Source: Eubacteriales bacterium
GTDB taxonomy: Bacteria > Bacillota > Clostridia > Christensenellales > CAG-138
DNA: 64,000 nt
Assembly (NCBI GenBank): GCA_035446965.1
Contig: DAOTGE010000005.1
Span: forward strand, 7,116 to 71,115
Reading direction: 5' to 3'
Shown piece by piece: positions 16,744-25,974 of the stretch; the first letter of the stretch is position 1, and every line of letters starts with the position of its first letter. The notes under the pieces were generated by a model. That model was not told the origin of the DNA. It ran no database searches and worked only from the letters and a program-made list of their open reading frames with translations. A program made the translations under genes and the position numbers.

Positions 16744-17721
16744 TTACTTATTTTCGGTGGGCGTGGGATTCGTGCCCTTACCGATTGCAGAACGCATCTC
16801 GGTGTCCGACATGATGTTCTTCATGCGGTAGTAGTCCATAACGCCGAGTTTCCCATCGCGGAACGCCTGTGCGATGGCTTTCGGCACTTCGGCTTCGGCT
16901 TCGATGACGCGCGCGCGCATGCCGGCCATTGCCGCTTTGTTTTCCTGTTCCTGCGCGACGGCCATAGCCCTGCGCTCTTCGGCTTTCGCCTGTGCGATGC
17001 GCTTATCGGCTTCGGCCTGGTCGATCTGCAGCTGTGCGCCGACGTTGCGGCCGACGTCCACGTCCGCAATGTCGATGGAGAGAATTTCAAACGCGGTGCC
17101 CGCGTCGAGGCCTTTGTCCAGAACGGTGCGGGAAATACGGTCGGGGTTTTCCAGAACGTCCTTATGGGTCTGGCTGGAACCGACGGTCGTAACGATGCCC
17201 TCGCCGATACGGGCGATGATGGTTTCCTCGCCCGCGCCGCCGACCAGCCGGTCGATGTTGGCGCGCACGGTCACGCGCGCTTTGGCACGAAGCTCGATGC
17301 CGTTCATGGCGACCGCCGCAATGATCGGCGTCTCAATGACTTTGGGGTTGACGCTCATCTGCACGGCGTTGAGTACGTCGCGGCCGGCGAGGTCGATTGC
17401 ACAGCTCTGTTCAAATCCCAGCGGGATGCCGGCGCGCTGCGCCGCGATGAGTGCGTTGATGACGCGGTCCACGTTGCCGCCGGCGAGATAGTGCGCTTCC
17501 AGCTTGTTGATGGAAACGTCCAAACCTGCTTTGGTCGCTTTGATCAGCGGGTTGACGATGCGGCTCGGGACAACTTTGCGCACGCGCATACCGACGAGTT
17601 GGAAAATGCCGATTTTAACGCCGGACGCACGGGCGGAAATCCAGAGCCCAAGCGGTACGAAGCTGAAAAACAGCACAAGGAAGATGATTGCGAGAATGAC
17701 AATGAGAATGGGTCCGAACAT
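16744..17721 (-). CDS. floA: Flotillin-like protein FloA (YqfA/UPF0365, SPFH domain)
   Basis: 325 aa. [30 protein letters not shown]...[26 protein letters not shown]...[10 protein letters not shown] matches FloA along its length. Confidence 0.9.
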   Translation of the reverse strand: MFGPILIVILAIIFLVLFFSFVPLGLWISARASGVKIGIFQLVGMRVRKVVPSRIVNPLIKATKAGLDVSINKLEAHYLAGGNVDRVINALIAAQRAGIPLGFEQSCAIDLAGRDVLNAVQMSVNPKVIETPIIAAVAMNGIELRAKARVTVRANIDRLVGGAGEETIIARIGEGIVTTVGSSQTHKDVLENPDRISRTVLDKGLDAGTAFEILSIDIADVDVGRNVGAQLQIDQAEADKRIAQAKAEERRAMAVAQEQENKAAMAGMRARVIEAEAEVPKAIAQAFRDGKLGVMDYYRMKNIMSDTEMRSAIGKGTNPTPTENK

Positions 17722-17793
17722 AATTACCTCCTGATTGATTGTTTAAAGAAAGGTACTATCACGCCGAAACAGGCGATCGAAACCGGTTCGGGA

Positions 17794-18009
17794 CTACCGC
17801 CCGGAAAGCGTTTTCAGGCACCAGATAACGAGATACATAACGCCGACGAAGGCAGGGATGCCGACGCAGAGCGCAATCCACTGGCGAACTTTCACTCGCT
17901 TTGGCGCTTCCTTTGCGGGTTCGGGTTCGGGCGCCTCCGAACCGCCGCATTTGGGACAGGCGCTCAGAAGATCGGAATAGAGAACGCCGCATTTTTTACA
18001 GTATTTCAT
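17794..18009 (-). CDS. Small zinc-ribbon membrane protein
   Basis: 71 aa. CKKCG...CPKCG, a Pro/Glu linker, then the TM WIALCVGIPAFVGVMYLVIW. No clear SD. Confidence 0.55.
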   Translation of the reverse strand: MKYCKKCGVLYSDLLSACPKCGGSEAPEPEPAKEAPKRVKVRQWIALCVGIPAFVGVMYLVIWCLKTLSGR

Positions 18010-18028
18010 ACGAAAGGAGCCGCCGGGG

Positions 18029-18577
18029 TCACTGATCCGCGCCGTCTGCGGCGGGAGTTTCCTCCGGCGTGTGTTCGCGCACGAGGATATGCAGCCCCTC
18101 TGCGCGCACGACGACGACGGTTTTGTTCTTTTCGATGAAGGCGCCGGCCGTCATTACGTCCACGCGCTTCCCTTCGATCTCCGCGATGCCGGAAGGACGA
18201 AGCGGCGTGATGGAGACGCCGGTTTTGCCCACGAGTTCCGCTTTGGCGCTGACAACTTCCGGAACGGAGGTCGAGTCGACCTGATCGTTCAGAACGAGGA
18301 AGGAACGCGAAAGCCTGCCGCGCTGGAGCGAGCGGATGATCCAGATGATTGCGAGAATGATAATCAGCAGCGTGATGGCGATGATATACAGCGCAACGCG
18401 CGGGTTACCCCACCCGACCTGCATGACGACGACCGCAATCAGCGAAAGCAGGCCGGACACGCCGGCGAACCCCACGCCGGGTGTGAACATTTCCACAGCT
18501 AGCATGAGCAGCCCGAAAATCAGACAGATAATGCTGGGGATGGCGGTTGGGCCGAGCAATTCCAATAAACTCATCAA
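18029..18577 (-). CDS. NfeD family membrane protein
   Basis: 182 aa. N-terminal TM bundle and a C-terminal OB-like GKTGVSITPLRPSGIAEIEGKRVDVMTAGAFIEKN. Confidence 0.85.
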   Translation of the reverse strand: MMSLLELLGPTAIPSIICLIFGLLMLAVEMFTPGVGFAGVSGLLSLIAVVVMQVGWGNPRVALYIIAITLLIIILAIIWIIRSLQRGRLSRSFLVLNDQVDSTSVPEVVSAKAELVGKTGVSITPLRPSGIAEIEGKRVDVMTAGAFIEKNKTVVVVRAEGLHILVREHTPEETPAADGADQ

Positions 18578-18751
18578 AGTTGCCTCCGATCGGTTCCATT
18601 TTTATTATTATACCATATCGCACGGTAATCATAGGAAAAAGAATTATTAAGGATACGTATCAAAATCGTGTCAAAAATGAAACAGGGGAAGACAAGGCTA
18701 TGCGGATATAATAAAACGCCCGAACCGGGCGCAGAGCCGCCGTCAATGCGT

Positions 18752-19417
18752 TCAGGGCTCAATATAGAATTCACAGATCAGGTAATCGCCGTCGGTGCGC
18801 TGCGTTTTGTAGGCAAGAAACGAAAAGGCGTTTTCGCGGTCGTCAAAGCTGTCGTCGTCCTTTTCAATTTGCGTTGCTTCTTCGGCCCAGATACGCATGC
18901 CTGCTATGGAAAGGTTGTCGTCCGCGTCGCAGGCCGGCATCAGGTCCGTCAGCAGCGTGCGGACCGCTTCGCGGAAGGCGGCGGCCGCTTCCTCGGCGTT
19001 GGCGGCAAGATACCGTTCGATGGCAGATCCGCTCTTTTTGCTGCCCTCAGCGGGAAACGGAACATTGAGCACAAAGGACGAAACCGCGCCTCGTTCGACG
19101 GTGTACGCCAGGCCGGCTTCGGTGGGCGGCGCGCCGTCGACGGTCAGCGTCCAAACCCGTGCCTCGGATGCGGACTGCTCCGCCGAATAGAGATCGCTGG
19201 TTTCCAGATGTGCAACGAATACGGATTCCGGCACGCCGGAAAAGACCGGCTCGGCAGACGCGGCGGCGGGCGACGGCGCTGCGGCGGCGGGCGAAGCGCT
19301 TTGCGAAGCGGCCGCCGTGTCCTGCGCACGGGAAAGCAAATAGATCGTCAGGGCGGCCGCCACGACGAGGATCAGGAATACGATATTGACAAACTGTTTG
19401 GAAAACAGGCGTTGCAT
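18752..19417 (-). CDS. Membrane-anchored hypothetical protein
   Basis: Start taken at Met34 (MQRLFSKQFVNIVFLILVVAAALTIYLL) of ORF 18752..19516. Ala/Ser/Pro linker. No SD seen. The CGCCCG/CGGGCG hairpin plus T-run at ~18711-18733 lies downstream. Confidence 0.5.
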   Translation of the reverse strand: MQRLFSKQFVNIVFLILVVAAALTIYLLSRAQDTAAASQSASPAAAAPSPAAASAEPVFSGVPESVFVAHLETSDLYSAEQSASEARVWTLTVDGAPPTEAGLAYTVERGAVSSFVLNVPFPAEGSKKSGSAIERYLAANAEEAAAAFREAVRTLLTDLMPACDADDNLSIAGMRIWAEEATQIEKDDDSFDDRENAFSFLAYKTQRTDGDYLICEFYIEP

Positions 19418-19569
19418 ACGGAAAAAACATATGAGCCGATGAGAAAAGTGCGGGCGTTGAGACGCCTGCGCACCGGCGCTTGCAGTCAGTGTAACATTAA
19501 GGAGACCGACGTGCAACGCGATTTACACGTGCCGCACACAAAAGAATATGCAGGCGCGAGAAAAAGCGC

Positions 19570-21690
19570 TCACCGACCGGCGTCGATCGGGAAGGAAACG
19601 CTTTCAAAACCAATGAAAAAAACTTTGCGGTTGGTGCTCGCGGCGATGACGTGTGCACGAAGGAGCAACAGCATCGGTGTGTGCGTTTTAAAGCTTTCAA
19701 ACGGGAACTGACAGGTCGACTCAGCGCCGTCGCGCATGACCCGATGCAGCATTTCGAGAACGGCCAGACGCTGCAGGTCGCTGCAGAAAAGAAGAACGTC
19801 CGAGCTGTGCGTGCGGAAAGCAGAATAATCGATTTCGAGAATGGCGCAGAGTTTCTGATTGACGCGCAACAACTCCAGAACTTCGTCGTGCAGTTCAAAC
19901 AGGCCGGCCGGGCCGACGAAGTTTTTAAAAACAGACGTTGCGTCCGAGACGGGGTCCCAGAGTTCCTTTACGTCGATCTGGCTGAGCAGTGTGTAGTCGT
20001 GGACAAAATCACCGACGTCCCGCTGGAAAAGCAGTTTTTCAAAAGCCGTGACCGGAAGCGGGCGGGAATATAAATACCCCTGCACGACGTCACAGCCGAT
20101 CGACATCAGATAATCCGCCTGCCGGAGCGTTTCCACGCCCTCCGCGATGACGGAGATATTCAGCCAGTGCGCCATATGCATCACGGAATTCAGGATTACG
20201 CCGCCGCGGCCATGACTGCCGCCCTCCTCGTCCTCGTGCAGGAAACCCATATCCAACTTGAGAATGTCGACGGGTACGTTTTTAAGCGTGTTCAGTGAAG
20301 AATAACCCTTGCCGAAATCGTCCATCTCCACCACAAAGCCCTCGTCACGCAGTTTGTTTACGACGGAGAGAAGCTGAGAGGCGCTTTCGATATAGGCGGT
20401 CTCCGTGATCTCAAGGCGGAGATTGCACGGCTCGACGCCGTAGCGCTGCACCAGATTGATTAACGAGCGGCAGAAATTCGGCACCTGGATATCCACGCGC
20501 GAGATGTTCACAGAGACAGATATGTCCGGAAGGCCCTGCTCCCGCCAGCGGGCGAGAAGGCGGCACACACTGTCCCAAACGAAGTAGTCAAGCCGGCTGA
20601 TGAATCCGTTTTTTTCGAGGATCGGTATAAACGAATCCGGCGATATCATACCTTTTTCCGGGTGGTTCCAGCGCACAAGCGCCTCGGCGCCGACGAGCTG
20701 ATGGGTGCGGTGGTTATACTGCGGCTGGAGATACACTTCAAACTGCTGTTGTTTGAGCGCGGTCTCAACATCCCCGATCAGCGCCTGCTCCTCGAGAATG
20801 TGCTTGCGCATGTATTCGCTGTAGTATGCGACGCGGCGCGCGGCCCCGCCTTTGATCGAGCGCAGCGCCATCAGCGCCCGGTCGCACATCAGGCTCACAT
20901 CCAGCGTGATATCTTCGATATAAAAAATACCGAGCCGCGGAGAAAGGACGAAATTCGGCTGAAACGCGCCGAAACGGCTGGAAAATTCAACGAGGAAACG
21001 GCCTGGTTTAAAGCCTTTGGAAGGGGCGCAAAAAGCGAAGTGGTCCGCTTCCAGATGCCCGAAAACGGCGTCCAGGGAGAACGTTTCCCGAAGAAAATCG
21101 CCGATTTCAAGCAACAGACGATCGCCCGCCTCCATTCCGAACAGATCGTTATACGCTTTGAATCGGTCCAGGTCGAAGCGGCCAAGCAGATACGCCTGCG
21201 TGGGGTGCGTTTCCAGCATGCGGTGCGTTGCGGCATAAAACCGCGTCCGGTTATAAATACCGGAGATTGCGTCGTATTCCGCAAGATAGCGATATTTTGC
21301 GAATGCGGCATATTCACTGTGCTCGATTGCGTTTTTCAGCCGGGAAACGAGAATGGAAGGGTTAATGGGTTTTGGCACGAAGTCATATGCGCCGAGTTCC
21401 AGGCTCCGCTGCTCCGTCGCGCCGTCCAGCGAGTCGGTGAGCACAAGCACCGGCAGGTCCTTCAGGCCGGGGGCGTCGCGCAGGGCAGCAAGAAACGAGA
21501 AGCCGTCGGGGCTTGACCCCGAAAAGCTGAGCAACGCCGCACTGATATGCGAAGCGTTTTTGCCGGACAGAGCCAGGAGCGCTTCGCTGCCGTTTTGGGC
21601 TTCGATTAATTCGTAAATTGAAGAAAGCGCTTCACGCAGGAGCTGGCGGCTGTCGGCGGCGTCGTCTACGATCAGAATCTGCTTGAGCAT
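19570..21690 (-). CDS. Response-regulator receiver + degenerate GGDEF + EAL (c-di-GMP phosphodiesterase-type) protein with an extra ~150-aa C-terminal domain
   Basis: GGGGAGGACAGA ATG. ILIVDDAADSR REC domain. The GGDEF position reads EADHF. EAL-domain motifs EALVRW, NIS, EITE, DDFGKGYSSL, KLD, EGVE and QGY are intact. Confidence 0.85.
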   Translation of the reverse strand: MLKQILIVDDAADSRQLLREALSSIYELIEAQNGSEALLALSGKNASHISAALLSFSGSSPDGFSFLAALRDAPGLKDLPVLVLTDSLDGATEQRSLELGAYDFVPKPINPSILVSRLKNAIEHSEYAAFAKYRYLAEYDAISGIYNRTRFYAATHRMLETHPTQAYLLGRFDLDRFKAYNDLFGMEAGDRLLLEIGDFLRETFSLDAVFGHLEADHFAFCAPSKGFKPGRFLVEFSSRFGAFQPNFVLSPRLGIFYIEDITLDVSLMCDRALMALRSIKGGAARRVAYYSEYMRKHILEEQALIGDVETALKQQQFEVYLQPQYNHRTHQLVGAEALVRWNHPEKGMISPDSFIPILEKNGFISRLDYFVWDSVCRLLARWREQGLPDISVSVNISRVDIQVPNFCRSLINLVQRYGVEPCNLRLEITETAYIESASQLLSVVNKLRDEGFVVEMDDFGKGYSSLNTLKNVPVDILKLDMGFLHEDEEGGSHGRGGVILNSVMHMAHWLNISVIAEGVETLRQADYLMSIGCDVVQGYLYSRPLPVTAFEKLLFQRDVGDFVHDYTLLSQIDVKELWDPVSDATSVFKNFVGPAGLFELHDEVLELLRVNQKLCAILEIDYSAFRTHSSDVLLFCSDLQRLAVLEMLHRVMRDGAESTCQFPFESFKTHTPMLLLLRAHVIAASTNRKVFFIGFESVSFPIDAGR

Positions 21691-21886
21691 TCTGTCCTCC
21701 CCGATAGGATACGCCTGTGCGTAAGAATATAGAACGACCAAAAACCGGGTGGCCTCGCGACTTGGAAGCGGGTGGATTCCGGTCCAAAAACAAGTAGCGG
21801 CGCCGCCTCTGCTCAGACGGGCGAGCTAAATGATAAAATTTTGTGAAGAATGATACGCGCGGCATTCTGAAAACGCCAGTACAGCT

Positions 21887-21915
21887 AATATAACATGTTA
21901 CATATTGAAAAGCAA
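21887..21915 (-). promoter_or_regulatory. Candidate promoter for the REC-GGDEF-EAL gene, implying a ~200-nt leader
   Basis: Minus strand reads TTGCTT (21915-21910), 17-nt spacer, TATATT (21892-21887). A second candidate with an extended -10 (TGTTATAAT) lies near 22045-22053. Confidence 0.35.
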
Positions 21916-22085
21916 GAACAGACTGCGAAAGGAAAAGCTCTGTGAAACAATGTGACAAAACGTTTTTTCAATTTCGATTCTTAAAAAAAGCGGGGGAAAT
22001 TACTTTTAAAACGAAATGTTAAAAGCGTTACAAATTTCAATAGGATTATAACAAACAATAACAGGTTAACAGCGGCGCACGACAC

Positions 22086-22130
22086 AAAAAAACAGCCGTG
22101 CGCTTTTGCATCCGGGCACACGGCCGTTTT
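22086..22130 (-). terminator. Rho-independent terminator after the glycosyltransferase gene (bidirectional hairpin)
   Basis: GCCGTG...CACGGC stem with a T7 run on the minus strand and a T4 run on the plus strand. Confidence 0.65.
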
Positions 22131-22142
22131 AAATTAGATCGA

Positions 22143-23285
22143 TCAGACGGGAAGGGCCGCCTCTCCGGCGCCGTCCCGGACGCCGAGGATACGCGCGGCG
22201 ATTACATCCGCCGCACCCGCGCAAACATACTGCTTCTGCGCGTCGAGCATGCGCGCGCGCTGCGGCGCGTCGCCGCTGAGGCGGACGGCGTTGTCCGCGG
22301 CGCTGGTTTCGTCCGGCGCGAGAACGGACATGCCGCGCTCGGCGAAGAACTGTGCGTTGAGCGCTTCCACGCCGGGAATCGGCGGCGTATGCACCATCGG
22401 GATACCCTTCACGGCGGCCTCGGTGCTGGAAATGCCGCCGGGCTTGGTCAGCAGTACGTCGCATGCGTCCATATACAGCGGCACCTGATCCGTAAACGGT
22501 ACGGCGAGCACGCGCGCGTCTCCGGCAAAACTTCCCTCAAGGGACTGAAGCAGCCGTGTGTTCCGGCCAGACATAACGACAATCCGCGCGTCGCGGCCGC
22601 CTAGCCGTTCGATGAGCTTTTTGGTCAGTTCAAGCGCGTTGCCGCAGCCTTCGCCGCCGGTCATAACGAGAAAACACGGCGTGGCGCGCGGCAGGTCCAG
22701 CGCAACGCGCGCATCGTCCCGCTCGGTCCGGGCGGCGTATGCGGCCTGAACGGGGATGCCGCTCGAAACGAGCAGCCCGGCGGGAATCCCGCGCCGGACA
22801 AACAGCGGGTTTAAGTCTGCATGCGGCGTGAACACCGCGTCCGTTTCGGTTTCTTCCAGAAACGGGATGCAGGTATAGTCCGTGGAGACAAAATATGTCC
22901 GCGCGGAGAGATGGTGCTTTTTGCGCAGGTAGGTGAGCGCTTCGGCCGGAAACAGGTGCGGGCAGACCGCCGCGTCGATGTCGTTTTCAACAAGATAGCG
23001 CTGCAGGTTTTCCGCGTACAGCGCGTTGGCGAAATACACGGGCGACTTGCGGCGCTCGGAACTCAAAAACTCGCCTGCGGCGTACATGAACCCGAACGCC
23101 CGCGGCGTTTTCACCGCGATGTTGACAAACGCGTTCGTGATCGATTCCGAAACGTTGTCCCCCAAAAACGCGAGCGCATCCTTGATTTCGCATTCTGCGT
23201 CGCGCGCCTCCAATGCCTGCCGGACGGCAAGGGCAGCCGAATTGTGTCCCTGACCGGTCCGGCAGGTCAGCAGTACCGTCTTCAT
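22143..23285 (-). CDS. MGDG-synthase/UgtP-like glycolipid glycosyltransferase (GT28-type)
   Basis: 380 aa. N-terminal TGQGHNSAALAV motif and a GT-B-like C-terminal half (LTKPGGISSTEA). Confidence 0.75.
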   Translation of the reverse strand: MKTVLLTCRTGQGHNSAALAVRQALEARDAECEIKDALAFLGDNVSESITNAFVNIAVKTPRAFGFMYAAGEFLSSERRKSPVYFANALYAENLQRYLVENDIDAAVCPHLFPAEALTYLRKKHHLSARTYFVSTDYTCIPFLEETETDAVFTPHADLNPLFVRRGIPAGLLVSSGIPVQAAYAARTERDDARVALDLPRATPCFLVMTGGEGCGNALELTKKLIERLGGRDARIVVMSGRNTRLLQSLEGSFAGDARVLAVPFTDQVPLYMDACDVLLTKPGGISSTEAAVKGIPMVHTPPIPGVEALNAQFFAERGMSVLAPDETSAADNAVRLSGDAPQRARMLDAQKQYVCAGAADVIAARILGVRDGAGEAALPV

Positions 23286-23343
23286 GCCGGTTTCCTCCCA
23301 GATGAATATGATGCCGATGCACGGCGCATCCCAAACGCCGTTT

Positions 23344-25665
23344 TCAGCCGCATTTACTATAGCCGCAGCTGCGGCAGATTACGCAGCCGCCTTCATGTTC
23401 CACCCGACTGCCGCACTCGGGGCAGAAATGGACTTCGCCGGCGGTCGCGGGTTCGTCCCCGTTTTCCTTCGGGATGAACGGCACGTCCGTATTGCTGGTG
23501 TCCGCGCGGGAAGCGACTGCTTTGGTCTTTTCCTGCGCGTCCGGCGTGCCCTGTTCGCCGCCGTTGTCGATATATTTGCTGACTTTCATGAGCACGCGCG
23601 CGATCCCGTCCGGGCAGGACGTGCAGCTCATGTTCTTCTGCCGTATGGTGGAAGGGCAGCGGATGCCTTTGAGCTGGTCGTATACTTCGTTGATCGAGAT
23701 GCCGCTGCGCAGGGCGATAGACGTCAGCCTTGCGGTCGCTTCGCTCTGGCTCGGGCAGCCGCCCGCCTTGCCGGTGCTGGTGAAGACCTCGCAAATGCCG
23801 TTTTCGTCGTAATTGACGGTGACATAGAGCGTGCCGCAGCCGATGCTCATCTTTTCGGTGAACCCGCGGGTAACGAGCGGGCGCGGGCGCGGTTCGATTT
23901 TGCCATAGTTTTCCGGGAGTTCAGCCGGTTCAGCCGGCGCGGCTTTGCCGTCGTTGACCTTGCCGATGTTGAGCACCTGTCCGGTACGGCTGCCGTCGCG
24001 GTAGATCGTCACGCCCTTGAGCCCTTCCTGATAGGCGAGCAAGTAGACCGAACGGACGTCTTCGCGCGTTGCGGATGCGGGGAAATTGACGGTCTTGGAG
24101 ACCGCGTTGTCCGTGTGATGCTGAAACGCCGCCTGCATGCGGGTGTGGTCCTCCGGCGTGATATCGTGCGCGCAGACGAATACGCGGCGCACGTCTTCCG
24201 GGATTTCCACAAAGTGCTGTATGGTGCCTTCGGCGGCAATGCGCTTGAGCATCTCTTCACTGTCCAGCCCGAGTTCATGGAGTTTTTCCATCAGCAGCGG
24301 GTTGACTTCGACCATCTGCGTGCCGTCCATGACGTTGCGCACGTAAACGAAGGCGAACACGGGCTCCACGCCGGAAGAGCAGCTCGCGATGATCGAAAGC
24401 GTGCCGGTCGGCGCGATGGTGGTGACCGTCGCGTTGCGGATGGGATCCTCGTCTTTGAGCGTGCTTTCGGGGAAAAGCGGGAACGCGCCGCGCGTTTTTG
24501 CCAGATCGCGGCTTGCCGCGCGGCCGGTTTCCTCGATGAACGACATGACCCGGTCCGCAAACGCAATTCCTTCCGGCGAGTTATACGGGACGCCGAGCGC
24601 GAGCAGCGCGTCCGCAAAGCCCATCACGCCGAGGCCGATTTTGCGCGTGGAACGCGTCATTTCCGCGATGTGTGTAAGCGGATAGTTGTTTACGTCGATG
24701 ACGTTGTCGAGAAAATGCACGGCCTGTCCGACGGTCGTTTCCAGCAGGTCAAAATCGAATACATAACCGTCTTCCTCTTTTTTCAGCATGGAAACCAGAT
24801 CGATCGAGCCAAGGTTGCAGCTTTCGTACGGCAGCAGCGGCTGTTCGCCGCAGGGGTTCGTGCTCTCGATTTCGCCGACGGTGGGGACGACGTTGTCCCG
24901 GTTGAGCCGGTCGAGGAACACGATGCCCGGTTCGCCCGTCTGCCAGGCCGCGTCCACGATCTCGTCGAACACCGCGCGCGCAGAAAGGCGGCCGACCGCT
25001 TTTTTGCTCTTGGGGTCGATCAGGTCGTATTCCGTGTCTTCCTCCACTGCGCGCATGAATTTTTCGGTCAAACCGACGGAAATGTTGAAGTTATTGATGT
25101 CGCTCGTGTCGCTTTTGCAGCGGATGAATTCGAGCACGTCCGGATGGTCGACGCGCAGGATACCCATGTTCGCGCCGCGGCGCGTGCCGCCCTGTTTGAC
25201 GGCTTCGGTCGCAACGTTGAACACGCGCATAAAGCTCACCGGGCCGCTGGCGACGCCGCCGGTCGAGCGGACGGTCGCGCCCTTTTGACGCAGGCGCGAA
25301 AACGAAAACCCGGTGCCGCCGCCGGACTTATGGATGAGCGCGGCGTTTTTTACCGCCTCGAAAATTGCCTCCATGCTGTCCTCGACGGGCAGAACAAAGC
25401 AGGCGGAAAGCTGTCCGAGCGGTCGTCCGGCGTTCATCAGCGTCGGCGAGTTCGGCAGGAACCGCAGGTTCGTCATCAGCTCGAAAAACGTTTCCGCCGT
25501 GGCGCTCACGTCCGCCTTTTCGTCGTAGAGCCGGTCCGCTTCGGCGACCGCCTGCGCGACGCGCCGGAACATTCCTTCCACGTCCTCGATAACGTTTCCC
25601 TGCTCGTCCTTTCCAAGATACCGCTTTTGTAAAACTTTCATTGCATTGTCGGAAACACTGGCCAT
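23344..25665 (-). CDS. nrdJ: Class II (adenosylcobalamin-dependent) ribonucleotide reductase
   Basis: 773 aa. FLPNSPTLMNAG, SACFVLPVEDSME, KSGGGTGFSFSRLR and TNPCGEQPLLPYESCNLGS. C-terminal CPECG...CRSCG zinc ribbon. Confidence 0.9.
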   Translation of the reverse strand: MASVSDNAMKVLQKRYLGKDEQGNVIEDVEGMFRRVAQAVAEADRLYDEKADVSATAETFFELMTNLRFLPNSPTLMNAGRPLGQLSACFVLPVEDSMEAIFEAVKNAALIHKSGGGTGFSFSRLRQKGATVRSTGGVASGPVSFMRVFNVATEAVKQGGTRRGANMGILRVDHPDVLEFIRCKSDTSDINNFNISVGLTEKFMRAVEEDTEYDLIDPKSKKAVGRLSARAVFDEIVDAAWQTGEPGIVFLDRLNRDNVVPTVGEIESTNPCGEQPLLPYESCNLGSIDLVSMLKKEEDGYVFDFDLLETTVGQAVHFLDNVIDVNNYPLTHIAEMTRSTRKIGLGVMGFADALLALGVPYNSPEGIAFADRVMSFIEETGRAASRDLAKTRGAFPLFPESTLKDEDPIRNATVTTIAPTGTLSIIASCSSGVEPVFAFVYVRNVMDGTQMVEVNPLLMEKLHELGLDSEEMLKRIAAEGTIQHFVEIPEDVRRVFVCAHDITPEDHTRMQAAFQHHTDNAVSKTVNFPASATREDVRSVYLLAYQEGLKGVTIYRDGSRTGQVLNIGKVNDGKAAPAEPAELPENYGKIEPRPRPLVTRGFTEKMSIGCGTLYVTVNYDENGICEVFTSTGKAGGCPSQSEATARLTSIALRSGISINEVYDQLKGIRCPSTIRQKNMSCTSCPDGIARVLMKVSKYIDNGGEQGTPDAQEKTKAVASRADTSNTDVPFIPKENGDEPATAGEVHFCPECGSRVEHEGGCVICRSCGYSKCG

Positions 25666-25743
25666 GACGGCACCCCCCGTATGTTGCTTTTTAATCTATT
25701 TTACCCACCAAGAAGGCAAGACGCCCGTTCCAGGCGCAAGCTC

Positions 25744-25772
25744 ATCATAACACTATATCTGGTATACGACAA
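25744..25772 (-). promoter_or_regulatory. Candidate nrdJ promoter
   Basis: Minus strand reads TTGTCG (25772-25767), 17-nt spacer, TATGAT (25749-25744). Confidence 0.5.
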
Positions 25773-25797
25773 GACGAAAACGACCAACATATTGCGA
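25749..25797. promoter_or_regulatory. Two candidate NrdR boxes, one inside the promoter spacer and one upstream of the -35
   Basis: ACACTATATCTGGT (25750-25763) and CCAACATATTGCG (25784-25796) resemble the NrdR consensus acaCwAtATaTwGtgt. Centres are ~33 bp apart. Confidence 0.45.
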
Positions 25798-25920
25798 ATT
25801 CACAGATCGTTTACGGTTGCAGCACAGCCGAATCCGCGAGAAAAAACGAGGAAGCGCGAGCAAACGGAAATGTGATTATTGCAAGATGTGCCGTTTCCCG
25901 CGATGTTGTGTGCTTTTGCG

Positions 25921-25958
25921 AAAAAGAAAAAAAGCCGACCTGTAAAAGGCCGGCAAAC
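25921..25958 (-). terminator. Rho-independent terminator after the MBL-fold gene
   Basis: Minus strand reads GCCGGCC-TTTTACA-GGTCGGC followed by a T7 run. Confidence 0.7.
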
Positions 25959-25974
25959 ATACGGAAAAATGGTT

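Noticed and set aside
21691-22053. A c-di-GMP (GEMM-I/II) or other riboswitch in the long leader of the REC-GGDEF-EAL gene.
   Set aside because: I could not find the conserved GEMM cores or any convincing multi-helix junction. Only weak local hairpins are present. It is kept as an unexplained long leader, not as an RNA call.
23284-25632. Very long antisense ORFs opposite real genes. Examples: 782 aa opposite nrdJ, 643 aa at 38597..40528 opposite gdpP, 480 aa at 40955..42397 opposite dnaB, 350 aa at 1054..2106, and 346 aa at 6612..7652.
   Set aside because: Their translations are Arg/His/Ala/Gly-rich and low in complexity, carry no recognisable motifs and lack SD sites. The opposite strand encodes unmistakable conserved proteins. 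These are typical stop-codon-poor shadow frames in GC-rich DNA.
25666-25974. Looked for a cobalamin riboswitch or other leader RNA upstream of nrdJ.
   Set aside because: No B12-box-like sequence or conserved multi-stem core was recognised. The region is better explained by a promoter with NrdR-box-like palindromes and the terminator of the neighbouring gene.
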